Assembly: GCA_900769545.1 (NCBI GenBank)
Contig: CAAGGZ010000098.1
Span: 3,941-67,940, forward strand
Reading direction: 5' to 3'
DNA: 64,000 nt
From: Clostridia bacterium
GTDB lineage: Bacteria > Bacillota > Clostridia > Christensenellales > Borkfalkiaceae
Below are positions 38,230 through 47,107 of the stretch, one piece after another. The translations under genes and the position numbers were made by a program. Every line of letters begins with the position of its first letter. Position 1 is the stretch's first letter. The notes below the pieces were generated by a model, which saw only the letters and a list, made by a program, of their open reading frames with translations, did no database searches and had not been told where the DNA came from.

Positions 38230-38580
38230 ATGGCAGTTAATACAAATAACGCATACGGCAAAATCTCAATTTCCGATCTTGCGATTGCTAAGGTTGCCTC
38301 TAATACGGCATTGGAATCGTACGGTATTGTGGAAATGGTTTCTCGCCGTTTTACCGACAGCGTATTCTCACTCTTTAATAAAGAAAGCAGTGGTCGCGGT
38401 ATTAAAATCACTACCTCCGGGAACCGAATTTACGTGGACGTTTACGTCGTAATCAAGTACGGCGTTTCGATTGCCGCCGTTGCAGAATCGCTGAAAGAAG
38501 CGATTAAGTATAAGGTGGAAGGCTTCACGGGAATGATCGTGGATACCGTCAACGTAAACGTTATCGGGGTAAAACAGTAA
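38230..38580 (+). CDS. Asp23/Gls24 family envelope stress protein
   Basis: 116 aa with an ISDLAIAKVASNTALESYGIV pattern. Precedes the DAK2 gene, as in yloU-yloV. Confidence 0.8.
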   Translation: MAVNTNNAYGKISISDLAIAKVASNTALESYGIVEMVSRRFTDSVFSLFNKESSGRGIKITTSGNRIYVDVYVVIKYGVSIAAVAESLKEAIKYKVEGFTGMIVDTVNVNVIGVKQ

Positions 38581-38585
38581 GTTTC

Positions 38586-38623
38586 AGCGCAAACGAAAAA
38601 AGTTCGTTCTTTGCGCTTTTTTG
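38586..38623 (+). terminator. Intrinsic terminator candidate after the asp23-like gene
   Basis: AGCGCAAA ... TTTGCGCT followed by TTTTT. Confidence 0.6.
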
Positions 38624-38740
38624 CGTGTAAACTTTTAGGAAGTGGAAAAATAAATGCTATTTACACGCCGCTCCCATCCTTTTATTGCTACGTTTTTAGA
38701 TGGGGAGTTTTACAAACATGAAAAATAAGGAGCATTTCTA

Positions 38741-40384
38741 ATGCATAAAACAATCAATAGCACCGAGTTCCGTAAAATGATACTCGTTGGCGCTAAGCAG
38801 TTGGAGATAAACCGCGCGAAAGTGGACGCGTTGAACGTGTTCCCCGTTCCCGACGGCGATACAGGTACGAATATGTCGTTGACAATGCAGTCTTGCGTTA
38901 AGGAAATGACGGCATGTCAATCGAGCGTATTTTCCGAGGTTTGCGATAGCATTTCAAGGGGCGCATTAAAAGGCGCGAGAGGGAACTCCGGCGTTATCCT
39001 TTCTCAGATTTTGAAAGGGATTTGCACGGTAGTGCGCAAACAGGAAAAAGAAGTAGACACCAAAACTTTTGCAAAAGCTTTGGAGGCCGGTACAAAGGTT
39101 GCTTACGGCGCGGTATCCGTGCCTAAAGAAGGTACTATTCTTACCGTTATCCGCATGATGAGCGAACACGCTGTCAAGGTAGCGGCAAAAAAGAAACATT
39201 TCGAGGACTTCTTTGCAGAAGTTATTACAGAGGGTGAAAAGGCGTTGGCTTTGACGCCCGAACTGCTTCCTGTATTGAAAAAAGCAGGGGTAGTGGACTC
39301 CGGCGGCGTTGGTCTTATGACCATCATCAAGGGCTTTAATGCGGCGCTTACGGGTGAAGAAATCGAAGAGAGCGTAGTGGACGTTGCTCCCGAGCAAGAG
39401 GAATCGGAATTTGGTGACAATTCCGCCATTTTGACGATGGATATTGGCGACATTCAATACGCATACTGTACCGAATTTTTCATTATCAATTTAAAAAAGA
39501 GCACGACGCTTTCGGCGATCGACAGACTCCGTGAAAAGTTGATGACGTTAGGCGACAGCGTTATCTGTATCGGGGATTTGGAGCTCGTAAAGGTACACGT
39601 GCACACCAATCAGCCCGGTAAGGCTTTGACGTATGCGTTGGAGCTTGGCGAATTGGAAAGACCCAAAATCGAGAATATGTTAGAGCAGAACCGTCAAATG
39701 AAGGCGAAGCTGGAAGCAGAAAAGAAAGAAATGGGTATGCTTTCCATCTGTACGGGCGCAGGTCTTTCGGAGATTTTCAAGGATTTGTCGGTAGACCGTA
39801 TCATCGAAGGCGGTCAGACGATGAACCCTTCCGCAAGCGATATTGCAGACGCGGTAAAGAAGATCAATGCGGAGCACGTATTCGTATTCCCGAACAACAA
39901 GAATATTATTCTTGCGGCGGAACAGGCGAAGAATTTGGTTGACAATAAGACCATTCACGTAATTCCCACCAAGAACGTTCCGCAGGGTTTTGCGGCGGCG
40001 TTGGAATTTAACCCCGAAGCAAGCGCGGAAGAAAACAAAACGAATATGATTCATGCCCTGGATAACGTAAAGGTAGGGCAGGTAACGTACGCGGTGCGTA
40101 ACACGACGCTCAACGGCTTCTCCATTAAAGAAGGCGACATCATCGGGCTCGACGATAAGAAGATTTTGGCGAAGTCCAATATGCTTGAAGAGACGGTAAT
40201 GAAGCTTATCGGCAGAATGAAAGAGGACTTCCACCAAGTCATCACGTTGTATTACGGTGAAGACGTCAAGGAAGAAGAAGCAGAAGAGTTGTGCGCGACG
40301 ATTGCGGAAAAATATCCCGATTGCGACGTGGACTTCCACAACGGCGGTCAGTCGGTATATTATTACATTATTTCTTTGGAATAA
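38741..40384 (+). CDS. DAK2 domain fusion protein (YloV-like)
   Basis: VFPVPDGDTGTNM and GARGNSGVILSQ motifs. 547 aa. Confidence 0.85.
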   Translation: MHKTINSTEFRKMILVGAKQLEINRAKVDALNVFPVPDGDTGTNMSLTMQSCVKEMTACQSSVFSEVCDSISRGALKGARGNSGVILSQILKGICTVVRKQEKEVDTKTFAKALEAGTKVAYGAVSVPKEGTILTVIRMMSEHAVKVAAKKKHFEDFFAEVITEGEKALALTPELLPVLKKAGVVDSGGVGLMTIIKGFNAALTGEEIEESVVDVAPEQEESEFGDNSAILTMDIGDIQYAYCTEFFIINLKKSTTLSAIDRLREKLMTLGDSVICIGDLELVKVHVHTNQPGKALTYALELGELERPKIENMLEQNRQMKAKLEAEKKEMGMLSICTGAGLSEIFKDLSVDRIIEGGQTMNPSASDIADAVKKINAEHVFVFPNNKNIILAAEQAKNLVDNKTIHVIPTKNVPQGFAAALEFNPEASAEENKTNMIHALDNVKVGQVTYAVRNTTLNGFSIKEGDIIGLDDKKILAKSNMLEETVMKLIGRMKEDFHQVITLYYGEDVKEEEAEELCATIAEKYPDCDVDFHNGGQSVYYYIISLE

Positions 40385-40410
40385 TGTTATAAAAAATTTA
40401 GCATAATAAA

Positions 40411-40446
40411 AGCGGGAAGGTCGGTTGGCTTTTTCCGCTTTTTTTA
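40411..40446 (+). terminator. Intrinsic terminator after the DAK2 gene
   Basis: AGCGGGAA ... TTCCGCT followed by TTTTTT. Confidence 0.65.
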
Positions 40447-40484
40447 TAAGGCTTTTAAAATAGCCTTTTATAGAGGGTTTTGTT

Positions 40485-42491
40485 ATGAAATTATCAACGC
40501 TCCGCTCTATCGGGGAAAAGAGAGAGAAGGATTTTAATAAACTGGGTATATACGAGGTGGAAGATCTCGTCCGTTTTTATCCGCGCGCGTACTTGGATTT
40601 AACGGAGCGCGCTTCTCTGCGCACGGCTTATCATAACGATATGGTGCTTATCGCTTGCGAAGTCAACCGCGTCGTCCCCGTGAATTACGGGAATAAGCGC
40701 AAAATGGTGAAGGCGTACTGCTCGCAGGACGGATTTCCGTTTACCGTCGTATGGTTTAATCAGCCGTACGTAGCGCAGAAATTGCAGCCTGGGGAATATC
40801 TTTTTTACGGCAGAGTTCAAAACAAATTCGGACAAGTCTCCCTTGTTAATCCGACGTTTGAGGAGTTGGATAAAAATTACCGCTTAAAAGGGATTATCCC
40901 CGTGTATTCGCTTAAAGGCAATTTGAGTCAAAAAGTAGTGCGTTCGGCGGTGAAAGAAGCGTTGCAAAAAGTGGATTTAACGGGCGTTATTCCTTGGCAG
41001 ATTATTAAAAAATACGATTTACCGCCTTTAGAAAAAGCCTATTTTGACGTGCACAATCCCTCTGATGAGCGGACGAAAGATTTGGCGTCGGAGCGCATTG
41101 CGCTCGAGGAATATTTCACGCTGATTTCCGCTTTTAAAATTATAAAAGGCGGCAAAGAGGACGCAAGGGTACACCATTACAGCGTTTCCGCAGAAGAAGT
41201 GAAGAATTTTTCCACCCGTTTTGGATTTGAATTTACAAACGGTCAAAAACAGGCGGTCAATGATATTTTTACAGGTTTATATGCGCCGACGCGCATGAAC
41301 CGCTTAATTCAAGGCGACGTAGGTAGCGGTAAAACCGCCGTTGCGTTGTGCGGTATGTTTATGGCGGTAAGGAGCGGTTTTACAGCGGCGTATCTGTCAC
41401 CGACAGAAGTGCTCGCAGCGCAGAACTATGCGCTTTTGAAACGCTATTTTCCCGAATACGAGGTAGGGTATCTCGCAGGGGGAATGACGGCGAAAGAAAA
41501 ACGGGAGCTGAAAGCTCGACTTAAAAACGGCGAAATCGATATTCTTTGCGGTACGCACGCAATTTTCCAAGGCGACGTGGAGATTCCCAAACTTTCCTTT
41601 ATTGTCTGCGACGAACAGCACCGTTTCGGCGTAGCGCAAAGAAACGCGCTTGCGGAAAAGGGCGCGGGCGTGGATATGCTGGTTATGAGCGCAACGCCCA
41701 TACCTCGTACCTTGTCGTTGATTTTTTACGGGGATTTGGACGTTACCACCATTACGGATAAACCCAAAGCCCGTCAGGAAATCTCGACGAGTATTATTCC
41801 CGAATCCAAGTACGACGATATGCTCGAATATGTCAAAAAGGAAACGGCGGCAGGCAAACAGGCGTACTTTGTTTGCGCCAAGATAGACGATGACGAAGAG
41901 GGCTCTATTATGAGCGTGACGGAGCTCCACGAGGAATTAAAAACACGCCTTCCGAGCGTTAAATTCGGGCTTTTACACGGCAGAATGAAGGACAAGGAAA
42001 AGGCGGAAATTATGGCGGCGTTCAAGGCGAAAGAATACGATTGCTTGGTTTCGACGACGGTTATTGAGGTCGGCGTGGACGTACCGAACGCAACCATTAT
42101 GATTATTTATAATGCGGAGCGTTTCGGGCTCTCGCAGTTGCATCAGCTCCGAGGCAGAGTCGGCAGAGGCGCAGAAAAGAGTTATTGCTTCCTGCTTATG
42201 GGGGCGGACGGCGATACGGCAAGAGAGCGTCTTTTGACGCTGAAAAACAACACCGACGGCTTTAAAATAGCGGAAAAGGATTTGGAAATGCGAGGCAGTG
42301 GCGACTTTTTCGGTACTCGTCAATCGGGCAAAGTATTGACGGATATTAAAAATCTCCGTTATCCCACGCAGGTTATTTTTGCGGCGAAAAAGCTCTCTGA
42401 CGACGCCTTTGAAGGTCGGTTTGACGATGAAAAATTACGTTTTGCGGCGTTGAAGAAGTATAATAGTTTGAAAGACGTTGTAATGAATTAA
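40485..42491 (+). CDS. recG: ATP-dependent DNA helicase RecG
   Basis: GDVGSGKT, CDEQHRFG, SATPIPRT and QLRGRVGRG motifs. Confidence 0.92.
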   Translation: MKLSTLRSIGEKREKDFNKLGIYEVEDLVRFYPRAYLDLTERASLRTAYHNDMVLIACEVNRVVPVNYGNKRKMVKAYCSQDGFPFTVVWFNQPYVAQKLQPGEYLFYGRVQNKFGQVSLVNPTFEELDKNYRLKGIIPVYSLKGNLSQKVVRSAVKEALQKVDLTGVIPWQIIKKYDLPPLEKAYFDVHNPSDERTKDLASERIALEEYFTLISAFKIIKGGKEDARVHHYSVSAEEVKNFSTRFGFEFTNGQKQAVNDIFTGLYAPTRMNRLIQGDVGSGKTAVALCGMFMAVRSGFTAAYLSPTEVLAAQNYALLKRYFPEYEVGYLAGGMTAKEKRELKARLKNGEIDILCGTHAIFQGDVEIPKLSFIVCDEQHRFGVAQRNALAEKGAGVDMLVMSATPIPRTLSLIFYGDLDVTTITDKPKARQEISTSIIPESKYDDMLEYVKKETAAGKQAYFVCAKIDDDEEGSIMSVTELHEELKTRLPSVKFGLLHGRMKDKEKAEIMAAFKAKEYDCLVSTTVIEVGVDVPNATIMIIYNAERFGLSQLHQLRGRVGRGAEKSYCFLLMGADGDTARERLLTLKNNTDGFKIAEKDLEMRGSGDFFGTRQSGKVLTDIKNLRYPTQVIFAAKKLSDDAFEGRFDDEKLRFAALKKYNSLKDVVMN

Positions 42492-42504
42492 AAGCCGCAT
42501 TTCT

Positions 42505-42690
42505 AAATGCAAAATGCATAATGCAAAGTGCAAAATGAAGGTAGGATGGGAAGTCAAGGAACTGAGTTCCTTGTCAGGGTGCAGGGGCGGAAGCCCTTGC
42601 AGGAGTAGCCCAAAATAAGCAAGCTATGCTTGCGTCACTACTGCGTAGCAGTCGATAAAAATGCAAAATGCATAATGCAAAATGCAAAAT
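42505..42690 (+). repeat. Composite element: heptamer array, four-hairpin core, heptamer array
   Basis: Arrays at 42505-42537 and 42658-42690 (4 units each) flank the core at 42538-42657. The core is near-identical to 61075-61197. Confidence 0.9.
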
Positions 42691-42720
42691 TATGGAAAAA
42701 TTAAAAAGGCTTTATTGCTT

Positions 42721-42753
42721 GGCTCCCTTGTGTAAAGGGAGCTGACTTTTTTT
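42721..42753 (+). terminator. Intrinsic terminator downstream of recG and the composite element
   Basis: GGCTCCCTT-GTGTA-AAGGGAGC followed by TGACTTTTTTT. Confidence 0.7.
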
Positions 42754-42825
42754 GTAGAAAAAAGGCTGAGGGATTGTTAAAAAGCTGACTCGCCGCGGCT
42801 TTTGTCTTATATTTTTTTAAAACTA

Positions 42826-42854
42826 TTGACAATGCAGACAAAAAGTGATAAAAT
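42826..42854 (+). promoter_or_regulatory. Sigma-70-type promoter, ~215 nt upstream of the LRR gene start
   Basis: TTGACA, 17 nt, TAAAAT preceded by TGA. Confidence 0.55.
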
Positions 42855-43070
42855 AAAACTGCGACATAATTTCATAAAAATCTCAAAAAGGCATATACTT
42901 CTTTGGTGGAAGTGTATCTTTTTCGCGTTACAAAAAACCTTTTTGGGATTGGTAATAGAAATTGTGTCGCAACAAAAGCGGAAAGGACATTTTTACAGGT
43001 GTCGTTCCCTTTTGTGGATCGACACTTTTCTTATTTAAAAGGAAAAATAAAACCAAGGAGGCATTATAAA

Positions 43071-44993
43071 GTGAAAAGTGTAAAAAGATTTTTAATTGGC
43101 GCATTGGCAATGCTAGTCTCTTGCGCAGGTTTTGCGGCTTGTGGTGGTGCAGGTGAAAGCTCTTTATCGAGTTCGGAGAAAGCAAGCTCGGTAGAAGAAG
43201 TTTCATCAGAAGAAAGTAATTCGACGGTGGATATTTCTTCGGAAGAGCATAGTAGTTCGGAAGAGCATAGTAGTTCGGAAGAAGAGAGCAGTTCGGTAGA
43301 GGAAAGTTCTTCTAAAGAAGACAGTTCGGTGGAAGAACATATACATAACTATGAATTGACGGGTAAAACGTCTGTTACTTGTACGGAAGATGGACAGATG
43401 GTGTATACTTGTAAATGTGGGGATAGTTATACAGAGACGGTTGCTGCTTGGGGACACGATTACATAAACGATGAATGTATCTACTGTGGTAAAAAACCAA
43501 GTGAAGGCTTGGAGTATGAATTAAGTGGAATGACGTATTCAGTAGTGGGCATCGGCTCGTGTACGGATACCGATTTGGTAATTCCTTTTACTCATAATAA
43601 TTTACCTGTGACGAGCATTGGTGATGGTGCGTTCGCCTATTGTGACAGTTTGACGAGTGTGGTAATTTCCGACAGTGTGACGAGTATTGGCGACGAGGCA
43701 TTCGTTTATTGTGAGAATTTAACGAGCTTGAAAATCGGCAACAGTGTGACATGTATTGGTGATGGTGCGTTCTATCAATGTAGCAGTTTGACGAGCGTTG
43801 TAATTCCCGATAGCGTGACGAGTATTGAGTGGGGGGCGTTTGCTCACTGTGGAGAATTGACAAGCGTGGAGATTCCCAACGGTGTGACAAGTATTGATGG
43901 TGCTACGTTCGCTGATTGTGACAGTTTGACGAGTGTGATGATTCCTAACAGTGTGACAAGTATTGATAATGAGGCGTTCGCCTATTGTGACAGTTTGACG
44001 AGTGTGGTGATTCCCAACAGTGTGACAAGTATTGATGATAGTGCGTTCGCCTATTGTGACAGTTTGACGAAGATAGAAGTAGACGAAAATAACAGCGTAT
44101 ACAAATCTATAGACGGCGATTTGTATACAAAAGACGGCGCAACGTTGATACAATATGCCATAGGGAAAACAGCAACGTCCTTTACAATTCCCGACAGTGT
44201 AACAAGTATTGGTGTTTGGGCGTTCTTTGGTTGTAGTTTGACGAGCATAGAAGTATCGGAAAATAACAGTGCATATAAATCTATAGAAGGCAATTTGTAT
44301 ACAAAAGATGGCGCAACGTTGATACAATATGCCATAGGGAAAACAGCAACGTCTTTTACAACCCCTGACAGCGTGACGAGTATTGAGTGGTTTGCGTTCG
44401 CCTATTGTGATAGTTTGACGAGTGTGGTAATTGGCGACAGTGTGGTAAGTATTGGTTATTATGCGTTCGCCTATTGTGATAGTTTGACGAGTGTGGTAAT
44501 TGGCGACAGTGTGATAAGTATCGGAGCTTGTGCGTTCTATTATTGCGACAGTTTGACGGGCATAGAAATATCGGAAAATAACAGCGTATATAAATCGATA
44601 GACGGCAATGTATATACAAAAGACGGCGCAACGTTGATACAATACGCCATAGGGAAAACGGCAAGCTTGTTCATTATTCCTGACAGTGTGACGAGTATTG
44701 ATTATGAGGCGTTTTCTTCTTGTAGCAGTTTGACGAGCGTGGTGATTAGCGACAGTGTGACAAGTATTGCTGATAGTGCGTTCGCTGACTGTAAAGAATT
44801 GACAAGCGTGGTGATGTCCGACAGTGTGACGAGTATTGGATATGCGGTGTTTTTTTCTTGTAGCAGTTTGACAAGTATTACCTTTAGCGGTACAGTCGAA
44901 CAATGGAAGGCGATTGAGAAAGATGATGATTGGAATATTGGCGTTCCTGCGACAGAAGTGGTTTGCAAGGACGGAAAAGTTGCGCTTAAATAA
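43071..44993 (+). CDS. BspA-type leucine-rich-repeat (LRR_5-like) lipoprotein with N-terminal His/Cys modules
   Basis: GTG start 9 nt after aaggagg. Lipobox LVSCAGFAAC, then an SSEE linker and HIHNY..CTEDG..CKCG and GHDY..CIYCG modules. About 20 repeats of (I/V)PxSVTSIGxxAFxxCxSLTS follow. Confidence 0.8.
   Translation: MKSVKRFLIGALAMLVSCAGFAACGGAGESSLSSSEKASSVEEVSSEESNSTVDISSEEHSSSEEHSSSEEESSSVEESSSKEDSSVEEHIHNYELTGKTSVTCTEDGQMVYTCKCGDSYTETVAAWGHDYINDECIYCGKKPSEGLEYELSGMTYSVVGIGSCTDTDLVIPFTHNNLPVTSIGDGAFAYCDSLTSVVISDSVTSIGDEAFVYCENLTSLKIGNSVTCIGDGAFYQCSSLTSVVIPDSVTSIEWGAFAHCGELTSVEIPNGVTSIDGATFADCDSLTSVMIPNSVTSIDNEAFAYCDSLTSVVIPNSVTSIDDSAFAYCDSLTKIEVDENNSVYKSIDGDLYTKDGATLIQYAIGKTATSFTIPDSVTSIGVWAFFGCSLTSIEVSENNSAYKSIEGNLYTKDGATLIQYAIGKTATSFTTPDSVTSIEWFAFAYCDSLTSVVIGDSVVSIGYYAFAYCDSLTSVVIGDSVISIGACAFYYCDSLTGIEISENNSVYKSIDGNVYTKDGATLIQYAIGKTASLFIIPDSVTSIDYEAFSSCSSLTSVVISDSVTSIADSAFADCKELTSVVMSDSVTSIGYAVFFSCSSLTSITFSGTVEQWKAIEKDDDWNIGVPATEVVCKDGKVALK
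43239..43310 (+). repeat. In-frame 18-bp tandem repeat (4 units, 2 perfect) encoding SEEHSS-type linker
   Basis: TCGGAAGAGCATAGTAGT appears twice, followed by two diverged units. Confidence 0.8.
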
Positions 44994-45022
44994 ATGCAAA
45001 ATGCGAAGTGCGAAATTGTGGA
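44991..45022 (+). repeat. Heptamer array (3 units)
   Basis: TAAATGCAAAATGCGAAGTGCGAAATTGTGG. Its first TAA is the stop codon of the LRR gene. Confidence 0.8.
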
Positions 45023-45079
45023 ATAATACGCGATTAAAAGCTCGTTCGTGAAAATTTCAAGAAAATTTTCTCAAGGCTA

Positions 45080-45108
45080 TTGACGAATGCAAAAAAATAT
45101 AGTATAAT
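45080..45108 (+). promoter_or_regulatory. Sigma-70-type promoter of hisIE
   Basis: TTGACG, 17 nt, TATAAT. Confidence 0.6.
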
Positions 45109-45140
45109 AAATCTCGTAGGATGCTTAACGGAGGTGTGTT

Positions 45141-45779
45141 ATGGCTTTGAAGAAAGAAAAAGTTGAAGTTCCTAAAATGAAATTCAATAAAGACGGTATT
45201 ATTCCCGTTGTTGTGCAAGATTTTGAGAGCGGCGAAGTATTGATGCTTGTGTATATGAATCAAGAAGCCGTAGACAAAACCTTTGAGAGCGGTTTTGCGC
45301 ATTATTACAGCCGTTCTAAGAAAACAGTGACGAAATTCGGCGACGCTTACGGCAATACCCAAAAGGTTATGGCGGCGTTTTTGGATCACGACCAAGATAG
45401 CTTGCTTTTGAAAGTACAGCAAAAAGGTATGTCTGACCCCGAAAACAAAGCGTTTACCTGTTTCCCTCAACAGCTCGTGGGGGAATACAACACCATCGGC
45501 GGTGAAATGTTCGGTCGTTTGCAGCGCATTATCGCAGACGTTAAGGCGAACCCTGAAGAGGGCGCGTATACCAGTTTCCTGTTCGTCCGCGGTGTGGACA
45601 GAATCGGTAAAAAGGTCGGCGAAGAAGCGGTGGAATTGGTTATCGCTTCGAAAAATTCCGCAAAGGAAGGCGTTGTTTGCGAAGCGGCAGATTTGCTCTA
45701 TCATATGATGGTGCTTCTTGCGGCGAAAGACGTCAAGATTTCCGAGGTTTGCGGCGAGCTTTGTAAACGTAACAGATAA
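45141..45779 (+). CDS. hisIE: Bifunctional phosphoribosyl-AMP cyclohydrolase / phosphoribosyl-ATP pyrophosphatase-like
   Basis: N-terminal IIPVVVQD...YYSRSKK (HisI-like). C-terminal VGEEAVELVIA...EAADLLYHMMVLL (HisE-like). Confidence 0.75.
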   Translation: MALKKEKVEVPKMKFNKDGIIPVVVQDFESGEVLMLVYMNQEAVDKTFESGFAHYYSRSKKTVTKFGDAYGNTQKVMAAFLDHDQDSLLLKVQQKGMSDPENKAFTCFPQQLVGEYNTIGGEMFGRLQRIIADVKANPEEGAYTSFLFVRGVDRIGKKVGEEAVELVIASKNSAKEGVVCEAADLLYHMMVLLAAKDVKISEVCGELCKRNR

Positions 45780-45790
45780 AAGTATGTTGA

Positions 45791-45863
45791 GCCTTGATTT
45801 TTCCGAAAATCAAGGCTTTTTGCTTGGAAAATAAAGAACTCTACTCAGCGTAGAGTTCTTTTT
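45791..45863 (+). terminator. Two tandem intrinsic terminators after hisIE
   Basis: GCCTTGATTTT/AAAATCAAGGC followed by TTTTT, then AAGAACTCTAC/GTAGAGTTCTT followed by TTT. Confidence 0.75.
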
Positions 45864-46079
45864 CTACACTTAATAGAATCCACAAACCTGTTTCGTAGAG
45901 CCAAAAAGTCCACGTTTTTATTTTCTTTTGCGGAAAAATAGGTTATAATAATTGGGACGATAAGGCAAAGCGAAAAACTTTCGTTTAACTTTCCTAAAAT
46001 TCCTATAAAAGCGACAAAAAATGAGTGTATTCATGTGATAAAATGCTCTATGGAATTTATACGGGGAGGAAAGCGGAAT

Positions 46080-46850
46080 ATGGCAAGAAAGATTGTCATT
46101 ACGTCGGGCAAGGGCGGCGTAGGAAAAACTACGCTGGCGGCAAATCTTTCCGCGCAGCTTGCCAAACGTGGGCAAAGGGTCATATTGTGCGACGCGGATT
46201 TCGGGTTGAATAACGTAGACGTTGCGGCAGGTGTGGAGCACCTCGTAACCTACGATATCGTGGACGTGATTGAGGGCAGGTGTCGGGCGAAGCAAGCGCT
46301 TGTCAAACATCCCGATTTTGCAAATTTATATCTGCTGACCAGCAGACATTCCACGCCCGAGCGTTACGTTTCACCGCAATCGGTAAAAATCGTTTTGGAT
46401 ACGTTATCGCCGCAGTTTGACTACATATTCATCGATTGCCCTGCAGGGATAGAAGAGGGATTTCACCGCGCGGTAGCTACTGCCGATGAAGCCATCGTCG
46501 TCACAACGCCCAACCTTTCGGCGCTCCGCGACGCAGACCGTGTTTTGACGGTTTTGAAAAGCTATCAGCTCGACAATTTATCCGTCGTCTTGAACATGGT
46601 ACGGGGGGATTTGCTCCTTTCGGGGGATTGTCTGACGCCGCAGGAGATTGTGGAGCTGTTAAAAACCCCGCTTTTGGGGATTGTACCCGAAGAATATTCC
46701 ATATTAAAAAGCGACCTTTCCCGTCCGCACCCAGCCATTAAATTGTTGGCGGCGAACTTTGTCACGGGGAAGCGCAAGCTCTATGACGTTACGAGAAAAT
46801 ATTCGGGCGTAATAGGCAACATACGGCGCGTGTTAAGACGCAGCTTATAG
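46080..46850 (+). CDS. minD: Septum site-determining ATPase MinD
   Basis: MARKIVITSGKGGVGKTT deviant Walker A and a C-terminal amphipathic tail GNIRRVLRRSL. Confidence 0.85.
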   Translation: MARKIVITSGKGGVGKTTLAANLSAQLAKRGQRVILCDADFGLNNVDVAAGVEHLVTYDIVDVIEGRCRAKQALVKHPDFANLYLLTSRHSTPERYVSPQSVKIVLDTLSPQFDYIFIDCPAGIEEGFHRAVATADEAIVVTTPNLSALRDADRVLTVLKSYQLDNLSVVLNMVRGDLLLSGDCLTPQEIVELLKTPLLGIVPEEYSILKSDLSRPHPAIKLLAANFVTGKRKLYDVTRKYSGVIGNIRRVLRRSL

Positions 46851-46859
46851 GAGGGGAGT

Positions 46860-47093
46860 GTGCGAAGGGCAAAGGATGACTACGCGCGGTTAATGGGCGT
46901 AATTCAAGCGGATAAATCGGTTATGAGCGACGCTTGCAAAGCGTTGGTATTGCAGGATTTTTCGGAAAAATTCAACGAATACTTCGAATTGATCGGTTTG
47001 CCGAAGTTAGAGCTTTCTACAAAAAACGGAATTTATTACGTTTCGGTGTGCTTTGAAGCAGAGCGCATTAAAAAATTTAACGTACTAAAATAG
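46860..47093 (+). CDS. minE: Probable cell division topological specificity factor MinE-like
   Basis: 77 aa with a GTG start, immediately after minD. It resembles MinE only loosely and lacks an obvious N-terminal membrane helix. Confidence 0.45.
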   Translation: MRRAKDDYARLMGVIQADKSVMSDACKALVLQDFSEKFNEYFELIGLPKLELSTKNGIYYVSVCFEAERIKKFNVLK

Positions 47094-47107
47094 ATACAGG
47101 AGACAAA

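Noticed and set aside
43719-44999. 426-aa ORF antisense to the LRR gene (also 45057-45704 and 47036-47827 antisense to hisIE and degV)
   Set aside because: The long antisense frames are a by-product of the repetitive, codon-biased sense genes. The sense strand carries the lipobox, RBS and LRR periodicity.
46860-47093. Absence of minC upstream of minD as a sign of an unusual Min system
   Set aside because: minC may simply be encoded elsewhere, and one window cannot show absence.
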